Positions 46,852-61,447 of a stretch of 64,000 nt of DNA are shown here, piece after piece. The notes under the pieces were generated by a model. That model searched no databases. It saw only the letters and a program-made list of their open reading frames with translations, and had not been told where the DNA came from. Made by a program: the position numbers and the translations under genes. This DNA is from the human T2T-CHM13v2.0 reference genome, Homo sapiens, in NCBI RefSeq assembly GCF_009914755.1, contig NC_060928.1. One strand, written 5' to 3'. Each line of letters opens with the position of its first letter. Position 1 is the first letter of the stretch.

Positions 46852-48017
46852 GATGGATGTCAGTGAAAGATTCTGAGAGATATTTAGAAGGCAAAAATCT
46901 TAAAATTCAGTGATGGATATAGGTTATAATGGAGAAGCATAAGTCAGAGTGACTCCCAGATTTTTAGTTTCAGTATTTGGGAAGGTACAGTTCCATTGTT
47001 TGAGGTAGGAAATCCAAGAGAAGGAGCAGGATAGACTAAAATAATAACAAATTCTGTTGTGGTCCTGTCGAGTTTTTTTTGTAATCATGCTACATGCCTC
47101 TGGTAAATACTCCATAGTTAAATAAATACATGGATCTGAATCTCAGGAAAGAGAGCTTGGCTGGAGAAATTGACCTAGGTGTCATCAACATACAGATTAA
47201 AAAAGACTCAGTTAGGGACCAGGAAAATCATTGGTAGGACTTGGTCACATACAGAAATGAAAAGATCACAGACGATCTCATCCTCCTCAAAGGTCACTAG
47301 GGTTTGGCTTTCAAGTATTGAGGCAGATACTTGAAAGCCTACCCAGAAGACATTTCACACTCCACCACATCCCTTCCTGCCCCAACAGGTTTTTAATGTG
47401 GCAAATCCCCAGAGAGTGAATCATGATGGTACCTGCAGGTCACGGTAATTCTACTTCCTTTTGCCAGAGACTGTTTAGTAGGCATTTGACCTATTCATAT
47501 CCAATAAAGATGTATCTAAAGTTTTCTTCTAGATAAAAAGAGAAAACAAGTATGAAGAACAATTTACCTTTTTTTCCTGAATGTGAGAACTAATGAGAAG
47601 CCATGTTGATATTTTGGTGCTATATTGTGAGAATGAGAGTCCCAAAGATGGCCCAAAGAATCACAGAGAAGCCTTCCCAGAGGTCTGTGTTTGTGAACCT
47701 GGAATCCTGGAATCCCCTATCCACTCACTTGTTATAGGAAAGATAAATAATCCCTCACTGTTTATTCCAAATTCCACATTCAGTTGTTAAGAATCCTATT
47801 TTTTGAAGTTAAAGCATCTCAAAAGAATTTAGCATTTTTCTCAAAGAACTCGCCTACTAAAATGGTACGGAAGTTACCTTGAAAGCACAGGCTAAGATGT
47901 CAACTTACTCAGCCTACTGAGGCTGAGAAACTCCAATTTTTAACCTGGGAATGAGTTTTTCCTCTTTCAGTTTCTTTTTTTTTTTAATGATAATAATTTT
48001 AAAAGTGGTATTGACTA

Positions 48018-48403
<386 letters not shown>

Positions 48404-49011
48404 AAGAAATGAAACATCAAAAACCAGTTCCTTAAAGAACCTTATACAATAAAATGGGTTTTTGCAGGAGCCATCAATTACATCTATTAGTTAATAAGTA
48501 TAGATAGTGTAATTTTAAGAATATATTCATTTAATAATCAGGCAGTAGATACTCAGAAATGCTTTTTTATTAGCTTTTTTTATTGACATGAAAAGTGCTG
48601 AATATTGTCAGTAAAATCATTTTTAGTTCTTTATTTCCTTGTTATATAAGGAAAAAACTTCCACAAAGACACAAAGACTCTTCTTTACATTTTTTTCATA
48701 AAAGAGGGGAAAAAACTATCTCCAACACTTTATATTTTAATTTTACTACAGAGATAGAACCCTACAAAGGGACTTCCCTTCTGTGTTCTAAGGCAGGAAT
48801 AGATGATATAAGAAATATGTCTCTGGCTTCCCAGGGGAATTCAATAAAACTTAAAAAAAAAAAACAAAAACAAAGAAAAGAAACCTCTCAATTCTTTTTA
48901 TGAAGTAAGCAAGACACTGATGTTAATCCTCAATAGGATTACTCAGTGAAAACACAAACCATCCAGACCAATTTCACTTATGACTATCAATGTAAAAATC
49001 CTTGAGAAAAT

Positions 49012-49303
<292 letters not shown>

Positions 49304-49865
49304 AATCATAGCAAACAAAATCCATTATTACTTCAAAAAGAATAGCTCATCGTGACCAGATATGGCTTATTCTAATAGGAAATATACTATTTATAATAAA
49401 TGTATCACTTTAGCATTGAAGTCAGATCATATGACTTTTCTACTCTAAACCTGCCAAAGACTTCCCATTTCACTCATGGTAATACCGAAATTCTTACACT
49501 AACCTGAAGGGTTTATATAATCTGGCACCTGCTGCGTCTGGGTCTTATTCTCTCTAGGTCATACTGTGCACTCTGCTGCTTCTCAAACAATTGAGGAATA
49601 TGCCTGGCTTATTTATTTGTCTGGAATACCTCCCTCAAGCAACCACAGGGTTGAATACTTCATCTCCTCCTTCATTGTTTCACTTAAGTGTCCCCCTTAC
49701 AGTAAGGCTTATGCTGACCATGCTGCTTAAAGTTACAACCGTCCTACCCTCACTTTGACACTTTTGATTCCCTTTCCTTTCTCCTTGTATGTTTGCTTTA
49801 TTCTATAGCACTTTCTACAGCGTTTTGATATCACCTTCTAGAACTGACTCAAAGAACTGCTTGTT

Positions 49866-50168
49866 TGCTTTTTGGTTTTTGTTTTTTGAGACATGGTCTC
49901 ACTCTGTTACTCAGGCTGGAGTGCAGTGGCACAATCATGGCTCACCGCAGCCTTGACCTCCCTGGCTCAGGTGATCCTTCCACCTCAGCGTCCCAAGCAG
50001 CTGGGACTACAGGTTTGTGCCACCACGTCCAGCTAATTTCTGTATTTTTTGTAGAGATGGGGTTTCGCCATGTTGCCCAGTCTGGTCTCGAACTCCTGGG
50101 CTCAAGCGATCCACTGGCCTCGGCCTCCCAAAGTTCTGGGATTACAGGCATGAGTCACCATGCTCGCC
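49866..50168 (-). mobile_element. AluJ
   Basis: Reverse dimer with J-type ctcctgggctcaagcgatcc. Confidence 0.95.
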
Positions 50169-50688
50169 TAAATTCGAAGAGGGCAGGACTCTATCTGTAT
50201 CAATCACCACTATATTTCTTTCACCTACAATAGTACCTGACACGCAGCATTCAACTGATCTTTTAAGATAAACAACCGAATGGTTATATTAATAAATATG
50301 AATAGAAAGCACAAGATAATCTCTACAGACACTAAAAAGCCATCTGACAAATAAATACATATTCTTTCAAAATGTTTAACTAAATAGAAAATTGATGGCT
50401 AAATCCTTAACATAATTTCACTGAAAAATATTCTTAGTACGTAAACACTGGGGACATTCCACTACAGAAGTTAAAAGGATGTCCGCAATCACTGTTAATA
50501 CTTAACATTATATAAGATGTATTAGGGGAGTCAATTATAAGTAGAAAGACATAATAAATAGAAAAAGAATGGATGGAATAAACTAGAACTATTTGTAGAT
50601 AAGAGGATTATACAACTAGAGTAAGAAAGTCCAATGAAAAACTACCAAAATAAATATGAGATTTAGTGAGGTAGTGGAATATAAATTA

Positions 50689-51118
50689 CAGTTGGCCCTT
50701 GAGCAACATGGGTTTGAACTGATGGGTCCACTTACATGCAGATTTTCTTCCACCTCTGCCATCCCTGAGACAGCAAGACCAACCCTTCCTTTCCTTCCTC
50801 CTCCTCAGCCTCCTCAAGTGAAGACAATGAGGACGAAGACCTTTATGATGACCCACTTCCACTTAGTGAGTAATAAGTATATTTTCTCTTGTGATTTTCT
50901 TAAGGACATTTTATTTCTTCTAGCTTAATTTATTGTAAGAATACAGTGTATAATACATATAACATACAATATATGTATTAGTTGACTGTTTACCAGGAAG
51001 ACTTCTGTTCAATAGTAGGCTATTAGTTGTTGTTTTTGGGGAGTCAAAATTTATACATTCATTTTCAACTGCACGGGTGTTGGCACCCATAAATCCCACA
51101 TTGTTCAAGGCTCAACTG
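50689..51118 (+). mobile_element. Tigger2a-like DNA transposon
   Basis: TIRs cagttggcccttgagcaa / ttgttcaaggctcaactg, TA flanks, 430 bp. Confidence 0.9.
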
Positions 51119-51201
51119 TATTGTTAAGTGAATAAAGTCAAGGTATGGGAGAGTATGAATAAGTATGTCATTCTCTTTGCTTAAAAATAGAGGAAAAAAG
51201 A

Positions 51202-51540
<339 letters not shown>

Positions 51541-51662
51541 CTATATTTTCAGGCACTTGATAATATATATGTATTACCTCTTCAAAAATTTAAATACATT
51601 TTTTTAAAAAGAAACACCTTTCTCTAAAACACTGCAGAATAACGTCTTAAGAAACAAATTCA

Positions 51663-51991
51663 GCCAGGAACAGGTGGCTCACGCCTATAATCCCAGCACT
51701 TTGGGAGGCCAAGGGGGGTGAATCACTTGAATCCAGGAGTTCAAGAGCAGCCGGGGACAAGTGGTGAAACCCCATCTCTACAAAAAAATACAAAAACTTA
51801 GCCTGGCATGGTGGCATGTGCCTGTAGTCCCAGATGCTCAACAGGCTGAGATGGAAGGATCACTTGAGCCTGGGAGTCGGAGGTTGCAGTGAGCTGACAT
51901 CATGCCACTGCACTCCAGCCTGAGCAACAGAGCAAGACCCTGTTAAAAAAAAAGAAGAAGAAGAAAGAAGAAAGAAAGAAAGAAAGAAGGA

Positions 51992-52062
<71 letters not shown>

Positions 52063-52075
52063 GAGAAGAAAAAGA
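51663..52075 (+). mobile_element. AluJ with expanded (AAAG)n tail
   Basis: Alu dimer followed by about 130 nt of purine-only (AAAG)n. Confidence 0.95.
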
Positions 52076-52903
52076 AACAAGCTAAAGAGTGAGGGAGAGA
52101 AAAATTCAAACATGAAGTCTCCCTAGAGCTTGAACAGGGTGAGCAGCCTCATTTCCAAGGACTGCCATTCTCATCATGTCTGCCCCTCAACATGTTCATC
52201 CGACAAAAAATCATATTTGATGCTTTGCTACATGATTGTGATGTTACATGAGCTGTTCCTTTTGCTTTGCTATAAATTTTTTGTGTTTGTAAGCATCTAG
52301 AAATGATGCACAAGCACCGTTAATTCAACTCAATATGATCCAACAAACACTGAGTGCTGATTGTGCTTATTAGCCAGAGCCATTTCCTTCCATGGTAGCA
52401 AATATTGTAAGGGAGGCGTGAAACATGGGATATATATATAAGTAGAAAGGTAACAAAAAGGCACCAAGAAAATTCCCCAAAGAGGTGGTATCTTGTACCA
52501 ATTTTGAAAACAGACCATAGGAATAGAGAAGAGGAACATTCCAGGAGGACGAGATTGCATGTGCAAACTAATAAATGTGTAAAGTAGCACAAAGATGAGT
52601 TTGGAGAACAATGTGTTGCTAAACTGGAAAGTGGTATTCAAAGGGCAAAGGGAGTATGGGAGGGGGAGGGCAATGATCAAACTATCAAGGGCCTGGACAG
52701 TTTATGCTACATAGTTTAGACTTCATCTTGGAGTGATGTGGAGCCAGAATATCTATCAGCAGGGAGAACATATGGCCAGATGCATCTGTTCACCTGGTTA
52801 GCAATGTGGAATACACATTGGAAGGAGCAAGACCAAAGCGTGCAACCATCCACTGAGATATGATGAGAACGATGTTTCCTTAGGGTTCATCTTTGTGTCC
52901 TAC

Positions 52904-52997
52904 TCAGCAACATGCACAGTAAATTACACACAGTGACTTTCAGTAGCCCCTGATTGCCTACAATGTCACAACTTTTATTTTTCTGACAGTATCTTAG
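52904..52997 (-). pseudogene. Fossil exon
   Basis: Acceptor cttacactcttattcttacAG; open LRYCQKNKSCDIVGNQGLLKVTVCNLLCMLL; donor GTAGGA. Confidence 0.6.
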
Positions 52998-53078
52998 CTG
53001 TAAGAATAAGAGTGTAAGAATCAATTTAACCTGGCTGCCCTAGCATTTTGAAACAATATTTTATCTAAATATGCTAAC

Positions 53079-53237
53079 ATTTATACTAGAACTATGTGAA
53101 AACTAAGATTTGTCTATGTGTTATTCAAAATTCATTTGACTATGCATGGGTTGCACAGGTACCACAGGTGGTGTTTTGATTTTCCAACTTCGTTATAAAT
53201 ATTTAAGTTGCCAAGTTCCATCATCTTCCATTACCAC
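53079..53237 (-). pseudogene. Fossil exon
   Basis: Acceptor gtcttttattttAG; VVMEDDGTWQLKYL*RSWKIKTPPVVPVQPMHSQMNFE; donor GTTAGC tentative. Confidence 0.7.
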
Positions 53238-53375
53238 CTAAAATAAAAGACTTTACTGAACTCTTGCTATTTCTCTAAAGGAGCCCTGTTATTCATTGAC
53301 CTTCATGATAAAATACACACACACACACACACACACGAAAAGAAACAAAGAAAAACAAGCCATCCATCCACCAAC

Positions 53376-53559
53376 TAGATTCTTTCTTGAGGGGAGAGTA
53401 GTTGTTCTTTTTCTTGTTTCATTTTGCTGAATAACAAATGTTGAAAATAATTACCAAATAAGGTTTCACAACAGGTGAGACTTCCTAGGATTCTTTCTTG
53501 AAGGTTTTTAAATGGACAGTAAAAATGCAGATAATTCACAAAACTTCTCAAATTGAAAG
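53376..53559 (-). pseudogene. Fossil exon
   Basis: Long polypyrimidine tract ending ccGG (AG lost); phase-1 frame open: FNLRSFVNYLHFYCPFKNLQERILGSLTCCETLFGNYFQHLLFSKMKQEKEQLLSPQERI. Confidence 0.65.
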
Positions 53560-54600
53560 CCGGATGAAGATACATAAGAAAATGACAGAGAGAAAGTCTC
53601 TCAAATGATTTATAATACCTGTTTCAAGACTCAAAGAATCATCTAGTCAGGAAGAAAACAACACACAACCTTTATTTAGAGACTGAATCTAATCTCAGCT
53701 GTACTTCCCACTGTACCCATCTTTTTCCAGGGCAACAGACTACTTTAGATAAATAATATGCATAAGTAATTAATAAGAATATAACTGAGTATATTCAGAG
53801 GTAGTTATACTGGAGGATCTAGAACTTAACAGAGACTGTTTATGTGGAAATAGCCTTTGACAATGCAAACATAAGTCCCTATCATTCTCTATTTTTATTC
53901 ATGTAATTTATGATCAGAACACTATAGAAATTGCCACATAAGAAATAACCTTTTCAGAATGTTTTAATTTTTAATGTTAGAATATTTATTTATATAACTC
54001 ACTACTTATTATAGTAAAGATTTTGAATCTGAAGAATTTTAGGATGAAAATCATCTATATCTTTTAGTATGACATGGCAGTGCCTAAACAGCTAATATTG
54101 TTATCCTAAATAATTGTGGATTTGTTAATGTTAGAATACAATGTTCAAAAATTAGAATCAAATATTCAGTTTGTTAGGTGAAATATACAAAATACTTTTA
54201 ATTTTTCATTTGCAGGAATCTTTGTATATAAGTCATTAAAAACCTTATTGTATGTTAACCTTATCAGTAAATGGATTAGATTTTTATCAGTGAATGATGT
54301 TTTGGAATCAAGCACATGGTGAATAAATTTTAATGCTAAAAATTTTAATGTTAAAAAAGCATGAGGGAAAATGGTCAATATTTTTATTTAAAAAGATGTA
54401 AAACCTATAAGATTCCAAAATATAATTTTATTTCTTATTTTTTATTTCTGTGGGTACATAGTAGGTATATATACTTCCTTCTTATTTAATTTTCATTGAT
54501 GTAATATAAGAAAAGACGTTAAGAGGACTAAATAGCAGTGCTAAATCTTAATCCTGACTTTGCATATTTCTTAAGACCTAGTAATTAATTTTCATTTCAC

Positions 54601-54830
54601 TCTTTGAAAAAACAAAGGCCTTCTAAAATTCCAGCTGTTCTAACAAGTGTTACAGAGATCCATTAGTCTCTAATACCTTCAATATTGTATTTAAGACAAA
54701 TGTTTGATGCTCCAGGTACCTCTATAGTAATAGGTACCACATGGCACCCATTTGGTATAAATGGAGATTATAGAGGATAGATTCACAGACTGAATCTTCA
54801 TTTACAAGCTAGTAATTATATTCTGTCATC
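54601..54830 (-). pseudogene. Fossil exon
   Basis: Acceptor tacttttttcccAG; 230 nt, phase 2->1; MTEYNY*LVNEDSVCESILYNLHLYQMGAMWYLLL*RYLEHQTFVLNTILKVLETNGSL*HLLEQLEF*KAFVFSK. Confidence 0.75.
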
Positions 54831-55085
54831 CTGGGAAAAAAGTACTGACTCAAATGCAAAGAAAAAATTGTATAAACATCCTAGAATATGTATCAGAGCT
54901 TATTTAACAGTGGTGAATGTTGCATAAGTTATCCATGGTCTTTCTTCCCCTGTTTTCTCCTTATGACTGATTTCCCTGAGTCAGCAGGACACAGTCAAGT
55001 TGCAGCCAATGACTCTGGAAAAGGTTTGACTTTTCCTGTTTAAGAAAAAAAAAAATCCACGGGATATTACATGGCCTTGGTCTTA

Positions 55086-55505
<420 letters not shown>

Positions 55506-55544
55506 AAGAATTTGTCATCAAACATTCATCAGTGAGGCTGCCAC

Positions 55545-55716
55545 TTATTATTTAATTATAGAATAGTATTCTTCACATTTGTTCACTATGCATCCACACA
55601 GAGTTTAGAATGTGCCTTTGTTCCTGTGGTATCAGCATTTTTACCCATAATCCTGAACTACACCTTGATCCATCAGCATTATTTATTCATTGATTCAGAA
55701 TATAAATGTTTTACTG
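55545..55716 (-). pseudogene. Probable fossil exon (possible motif VI remnant)
   Basis: Acceptor tactcatacttacAG; one frame reads MLMDQGVVQDYG*KC*YHRNKGTF*TL; donor uncertain. Confidence 0.5.
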
Positions 55717-55829
55717 CTGTAAGTATGAGTACTAATCTACTGAGATTAACATTTCAGTTATTGGGCCACAGCTAATATACACAATCATATTTTTAGTACC
55801 TAACGAGTGATTTCATAAAATCAGCTCAC

Positions 55830-56072
55830 CTAACATCTATTAAATTTCTATGGCACAAAAAGGACTCTCCCAGTTGCTTTTACTGTCACCTCAATATACA
55901 GTTGACTAACTTGTAAGCCGTATGCTCATACTGTAGGTATGGTCACACATAAGGCTGTTATTAGTCTCACATTGTAATCCTAAAGTCACTAAAGAAATTT
56001 TCCAGGACCGAATCTTGTTGGTATTTTATGTATCCTACACTTATACTTAGATCTGACCCCTAATCCTCTTGT
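55830..56072 (-). pseudogene. Fossil exon (SecA 'YK...PT' and motif IV-like)
   Basis: Acceptor acttttctttcAG, donor TAG|GTGAGC; 243 nt; TRGLGVRSKYKCRIHKIPTRFGPGKFL...YIEVTVKATGRVLFV. Confidence 0.8.
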
Positions 56073-56674
56073 CTGAAAGAAAAGTGTCTTGCATACAAAT
56101 TGTCATTCAAAAAATACATTGGTTTAGAAGTATTTCTTCTTGTTTTTAACAAATTATACATGTCCAGACAGAAGGAGGTTCTATTCTAGCCATTTAAAAA
56201 TGAAAAATGTTATGTAAATGCACTGCTGACATTTTTCTGCACTGGTTGTTAAAATACTAATCTACTTTCAATCCAGTTGTTAAATTCTACACTTACTGTC
56301 TTATAAGGAGTCACTTAAAGATATTGCTGCAGCAGTAGAGGCTGAGATTGGGGCTCGATGCAGTGCTGGTGCAGATGTCTTCCCTACCTCCACCTGTGCA
56401 TATATATGCTCAGCACACCAAAGTAGTAGTGGAGTCATAGGCAGTGGCTATCATTGCCTCAGAGGAGCATAATGCAGGCAGAGGGCACTGCTGATGGCAA
56501 GGAAGGCAGCATTAGTGCAGATGTTGTTGACAGAGGAGAGGGCCAAGTCAGTCTTCCTGGGCTCCAGCACTGAAGGGAATTGCTGACATCCAGGTTCATA
56601 GCCTGTCCTGACCCAAAGACATTATGCCAGCCACCCTCCAACTGCATGAACATGCTTATTAGGGGTGCACTTAC

Positions 56675-56800
56675 TGTGGATATCAATGGAAAGCTTGATG
56701 TAATTTGCTATGTCATGATTCAGAAAGGGGCATTCTAGTTATTGACAGCTTCCCAGAAATAGTATATCACATTGATACAATCAAAAAATCAACTGATGAT
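56675..56800 (-). pseudogene. Fossil exon
   Basis: Donor GTAAGT; acceptor ttttcAA (AG lost); 126 nt, phase 0->0; IIS*FFDCINVIYYFWEAVNN*NAPF*IMT*QITSSFPLIST. Confidence 0.7.
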
Positions 56801-57350
56801 TTGAAAATTATTAGAATGATGTGACTAACAATTTGCATTCCTATTTATAGCACTTGGTAAGCAGTCTTAGATATGTCACTTAGTTAGATTAGAAAATAAA
56901 ATAATTATGTTTAAAATTTTGCGTGTACATTGATTTTTATAACTCAGCTGACCATCTGGCAATTAATATTTTGAATATCATTTCTTCATTTTATTTTCAT
57001 CAGCTCCCCACTCCATGAGGATTAGGACCTATATCTCTGTTTGCTTACCAATATATCCCCAAAGAAAAGCGCGCTGCTAGCACATAGTAGTTCTCAAAAT
57101 ATTATGCAATCAATGATTAAATAATTGAATAAATATATACTCAACTACCAGGTATCATTCCCCAGGTCTCCCTAAATCCAAACTCAATAATTCTATTTCA
57201 CAAAACATCTTTTTTGAGAATCTCCTAAGCATAAGGCACCACGAGAATTGCATGGATGTATGAAGATGAGTAGTTACCCAATACCTGCTCCCAAACAGCT
57301 TAAAATCTAATGAGAGATAGAGCTTCTTAATAAAAATTAAAGCCTCTTAC

Positions 57351-57640
57351 AGTTATTGCATACTTCTTTGCTGAACTCTATATTCCAGTGATAGCAGGCC
57401 CTCCAGGAAATGATATATATCTACCAGCATGCACCTGCCCACACACCCATGGTATTTTAGCCTTGACAGTGAAGAAAGAGTTTGAAGTTTCAGGATTGTA
57501 CCTCTCCTACACTGCCCCAGAAGCCACACTCCTCTCATAGCTGTGGTTCTCAAAGAGAAACATTGCACTTTTTTCTGGCTCTGTATGTCATGACAGATGC
57601 TTCATCATCAAGGTTCTTGTTTTTGTTTTGCTTTTCCTCC
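57351..57640 (-). pseudogene. Fossil exon (resembles the SecA segment before motif III)
   Basis: Donor GTAAGA; 290 nt, phase 1->0; EKSAMFLFENHSYERSVASGAV*ERYNPETSNSFFTVKAKIPWVCGQVHAGRYISFPGGPAITGI*SSAKKYAIT. Confidence 0.8.
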
Positions 57641-58097
57641 CTTTAAAGTTAGAAAATAGTATTGTGCATTTTAATAAATATAGCTGTTTAACAAATTCCA
57701 CTAAATTCTATTCAATCCCATCCTTACCAAAATGTTTGTCTTCTTGCCTACTGTATTGTAATGGACATAAGCACGTGCTATTCATTTTGAGAAATAAACA
57801 GCATGGATGTTTAAAGGGTTTAAGTAATATCTAAGTTACCATAGAGAAAAAAAAACTGGAAACAATTATATTACATTATTGATGTCTTATTTATACTTTT
57901 TTATAACAAGGTAAAAAAAAGACATTAGAACACCTAATTTTAGTGAAATATTTTTGAGCAATAAAGACTTCTAGAATCTGCAGACTCTAGGATGATAGAA
58001 TTTCCACCTTCTCCATTGATGTAGATTTGACAGGTTGTATATGTAAAAGCATGACAATCCTTTATAATTATTAGAATACCCATCTGGAACATCTTAC

Positions 58098-58254
58098 CAG
58101 TCACATATGGGGGATTTTCATCTGTCCTTTAGATGCCAAAAAATAAAAGGCTTTGCTATGATCAACATTGAATTTATATTCATAACATAAGGCAGTCCAG
58201 GAATTTAATGCCATATCCCCTGCCTCAGCTTCTCATGTTCTTGTGAGCTAACTC
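58098..58254 (-). pseudogene. Fossil exon
   Basis: Acceptor caacatttttAG, donor CTG|GTAAGA; VSSQEHEKLRQGIWH*IPGLPYV...RTDENPPYVT with frameshift(s). Confidence 0.7.
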
Positions 58255-58994
58255 CTAAAAATGTTGAACACGAAATTTAAAACCAGTCTCGCTATAGAAG
58301 GAATTTCTTCCACTCCATTCTAGTGCTACATGAACTCTTTCTAAACCCAGCAAAGAGACTCATACATGTACTGTTGATATCCCAAGCCAATAATGAGTTA
58401 AAATGACACTATCTTACAACCTTATAACCTTTTCATAAACATTATGTCATTTCAGAGTAGAAACTAATATCTTATTCTGGACATTCTTATAACAACCTGT
58501 TCTGTCATTCCTCCCCATTTATTTGATAAAAGATAAACAAAGAAATGCCAGTGGATCTCCTAGAAAACAAACCTCTCCAGACAAATCATCACATGGAGCC
58601 AAAAATCTCTGGATGAACAGAGCCCAGAGTTTACTTGTAGGAGTCAGTTGGGTTAATGCAGTAAATAAGTATAACACAATGTTTCTCTAATATCAATTTT
58701 TTCTTGTCTTTCGTTTGTCCTTGTGTTACTAAGAAATGGAATGATGTTCGGGGTTATTCAATGGAGCTTTGCTCTATACTTTGTCACTGGCAATAAAGCA
58801 ATAAAGAAATAAACAATATCACATAAAATAAGTTGGCAAAGCTTTCTCATGGCACATATTATAGATCTGAGCTAATAAAAAGTTTCATCTAAAAAGATCA
58901 CAGTGCAACCAACAAAATACATGAATACTAAATCAATGATTTATAATATATTGGGGCCTTATATCCTAGGAAACAACAAAGTAACTGATGTAAC

Positions 58995-59122
58995 CTCTTA
59001 TCTCTCCCTTCCTTTTATTATGCTTCACTTTGTGTCTTTGGGAAGTATTTATATTCTTAACCGAAATTTGAGTACTCAATAAAACAGTGTCAACTGCTTT
59101 AAAAGTCATGATACTAGTTTCT
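58995..59122 (-). pseudogene. Fossil exon (degenerate DEVD / motif II)
   Basis: 128 nt, phase 2->1, open: ETSIMTFKAVDTVLLSTQISVKNINTSQRHKVKHNKRKGEIR. Confidence 0.7.
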
Positions 59123-59257
59123 CTAATCAAACCCCAAAACACTCTATTCCAAATCACCAGACTGCTCCCAATTTGGTGTTACCCCCAAGAGGAAGAAAAA
59201 GTTATAGAAAAGAGCTCAACCTTTCCTTCAAATGTGGACTGACTGGAGAGTGCTTAC

Positions 59258-59339
59258 AGCTGCAGGCTGAGGGGATTCTTACTTGGAAGTAGCTGAAAAA
59301 TGGGACATACATTTCCCCTATCAGGGTGTTCCACCATTA
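59258..59339 (-). pseudogene. Fossil exon
   Basis: Very strong acceptor tttttccccttctgtcttttgcacAG, donor GTAAGC; 82 nt, phase 1->2, open: MVEHPDRGNVCPIFQLLPSKNPLSLQ. Confidence 0.8.
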
Positions 59340-59834
59340 CTGTGCAAAAGACAGAAGGGGAAAAATGGTGAGAAAGCAGGTAACAGGGAAAAGGAGAATC
59401 ATGCATCCTCTCTAGAGGAGATTGTATTTTAAGTACAATATCTTCAAGCAAAAACAAAATGTCAGTGGAAGGCTGCAGGCAATGGGGAGAATGTTTCTTC
59501 ATCACCCACATCCCCAGCCTTTTCCCCAACATCCCAGAAGTTAAAGGAAAACTACTTAAAGCATGAAATAATTGGCAAACATGTTAGCATAAATTGAAAA
59601 ATGTGTCTATTTTTTCTTGAGACAGTATAAATTAACAAAATGCTAAGATAAAAATGAAAACAAAGATAGAAAATAGATACCACTATCTAGTTCAGTTACC
59701 TACTACTAACTACCTTGGCCATGTAATCTCTCTGTTTTTCTCCAAAATCATTTTACAGAGTTATTGTTATTGTATGAAGAGGGAAAGAGATGTCATGGCC
59801 CATTTCATTCATTTTGGCTGACCTAAAAGCTACA

Positions 59835-60695
59835 CATAGAACTCAGGAGCAACTGAAAGACTTCCCAATGGCCAAAGCTGGAAAAATTGGAGCAATAAAA
59901 TTCATAAAGTAGTATGCAATTATAACCCAAAGCATAAAATAAATATCCATGAGTCCATAGTGATATAAATAAATGATGGATTAAATATAGAAGAGACAAA
60001 ACTCCTGTGAAAAAGGATTTCAGATAATATGTGCAGACACTCTAATCTCAAGGGGATGGAGCATAAGTTCCCCCATTCCCATTCCTGAAGTGTAGGCTGT
60101 GCACAGTAACTCCCTTCCTTCGAGTCCAATGTGGAAAAGAGGAGGGAGAGAGTAACGATGGGGTGCTGCAGTGGAGACTCCTGATAAACACTACCTTATC
60201 AGGTGATCAAGGTTCACATCAACAGTATTAAGCCATGTGGCTAATATGTACTTTTCATATGATGTGAGGAGACTGACATTTTACTTCTCTGGTCTTCCTC
60301 CCAAGAATGCATAAATCCAGTGGAATCAGGAGGAAACACCAAATTACTCTAGAGGGGTGTCCTACAAGATGCCTGGACTGGTATTCCTCAAAATTTTGAG
60401 GTCATTACAAACAAGGAAAATCTGAGAAACTGTCACAGCCAAGAGAAGCCTCAGGAGGCATAACAACTAAAATATAACGTGATGTACTGGCATTAGATAA
60501 AAACTAAAGAAATCTGAATAAAGGATAAGCTGTAGTTAATAATGTATCAGCACTGGTTCATTAATTGTAACAAATGTACCATACTAATGTAAGATGTTAT
60601 TAATAGGAGAAATCAGATGTGCAATGCATGGAAACTCTATTTCCTTAATGTTTTTGTAAATCCCATACTGTTCTAGGATAATGTTTACTTTAACT
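59835..60695 (+). mobile_element. L1MC/MD-type 3' UTR
   Basis: cccaatggccaaagctgg...ttataacccaaagcataaaataaatatccatgagtcc; same family as 31236-32362. Confidence 0.8.
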
Positions 60696-60757
60696 AAAGT
60701 TATACTAATATAACTCTATTGTGCCACTCAGAGGTTTCCGTCTAAAAAAACAATTAC

Positions 60758-60787
60758 CTTCATGCTATTCATTCTTTTAAACGTAAG
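60758..60787 (-). pseudogene. Possible 30-nt fossil exon
   Basis: Acceptor ttttttcatcacAG, donor AAG|GTAATT; phase 1->1 fits the next exon, but too short to judge. Confidence 0.3.
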
Positions 60788-61166
60788 CTGTGATGAAAAA
60801 ATCAAATCTGACACCTGAAACTATGTCTTTCTGCAGGGATCTAGTTGTCATTAGATTTTTACTCTTATGAAGACAAATTATATAAGTAAAGCTTAACAAA
60901 ACATTAGCTTAATTCCATATATATTTTTATAAGTATTTGCCTCATTCTCTGTTTATTTTTCTTTATCCCAAATCAGGTGATTGGAAGAAAACACATTTCA
61001 AAAATTAAGGTGCCCTGCTTTAAAGGGTAGGTGAGAAACCTACTCCAGAAAACCTCATTTTTCTTCCATAGGTAGTTATTAATTTTATTTTCACTTTTGT
61101 AAATTGCTCACTTTGTACTCAAACAAGATGCTTTTTTTCCTTTCACTGTAGGCCTTGTCCACTTAC

Positions 61167-61447
61167 TGTGTAAAGAAGCAAAAGAAAAATAAAGGTCTGT
61201 TTTCTATTGTGAAGTCGTAATGCAAAATGTGTGTCCCCACCAGTGTTTCTGTGGCAACAGACTGATGTCAGAGAAGTGAGCAGGCTGACTCACTCCAGGA
61301 CAGAAAGAAATGCATGTCTTCTGCTTCTCTTCCTAGCAGGCCCTCTTGGGGAAATACCTCTGCCTTTGTACCCAAGATTGAGCCTTTAGGAATAGATATC
61401 TTATTGAAGGGATGTATTTCTATTCTTCATTTTTAGGGTTGTAAGAT
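61167..61447 (-). pseudogene. Probable fossil exon
   Basis: Donor ACA|GTAAGT; putative acceptor cttcttctctAA (AG lost); SYNPKNEE*KYIPSIRYLFLKAQSWVQRQRYF...ATETLVGTHILHYDF with frameshift. Confidence 0.5.
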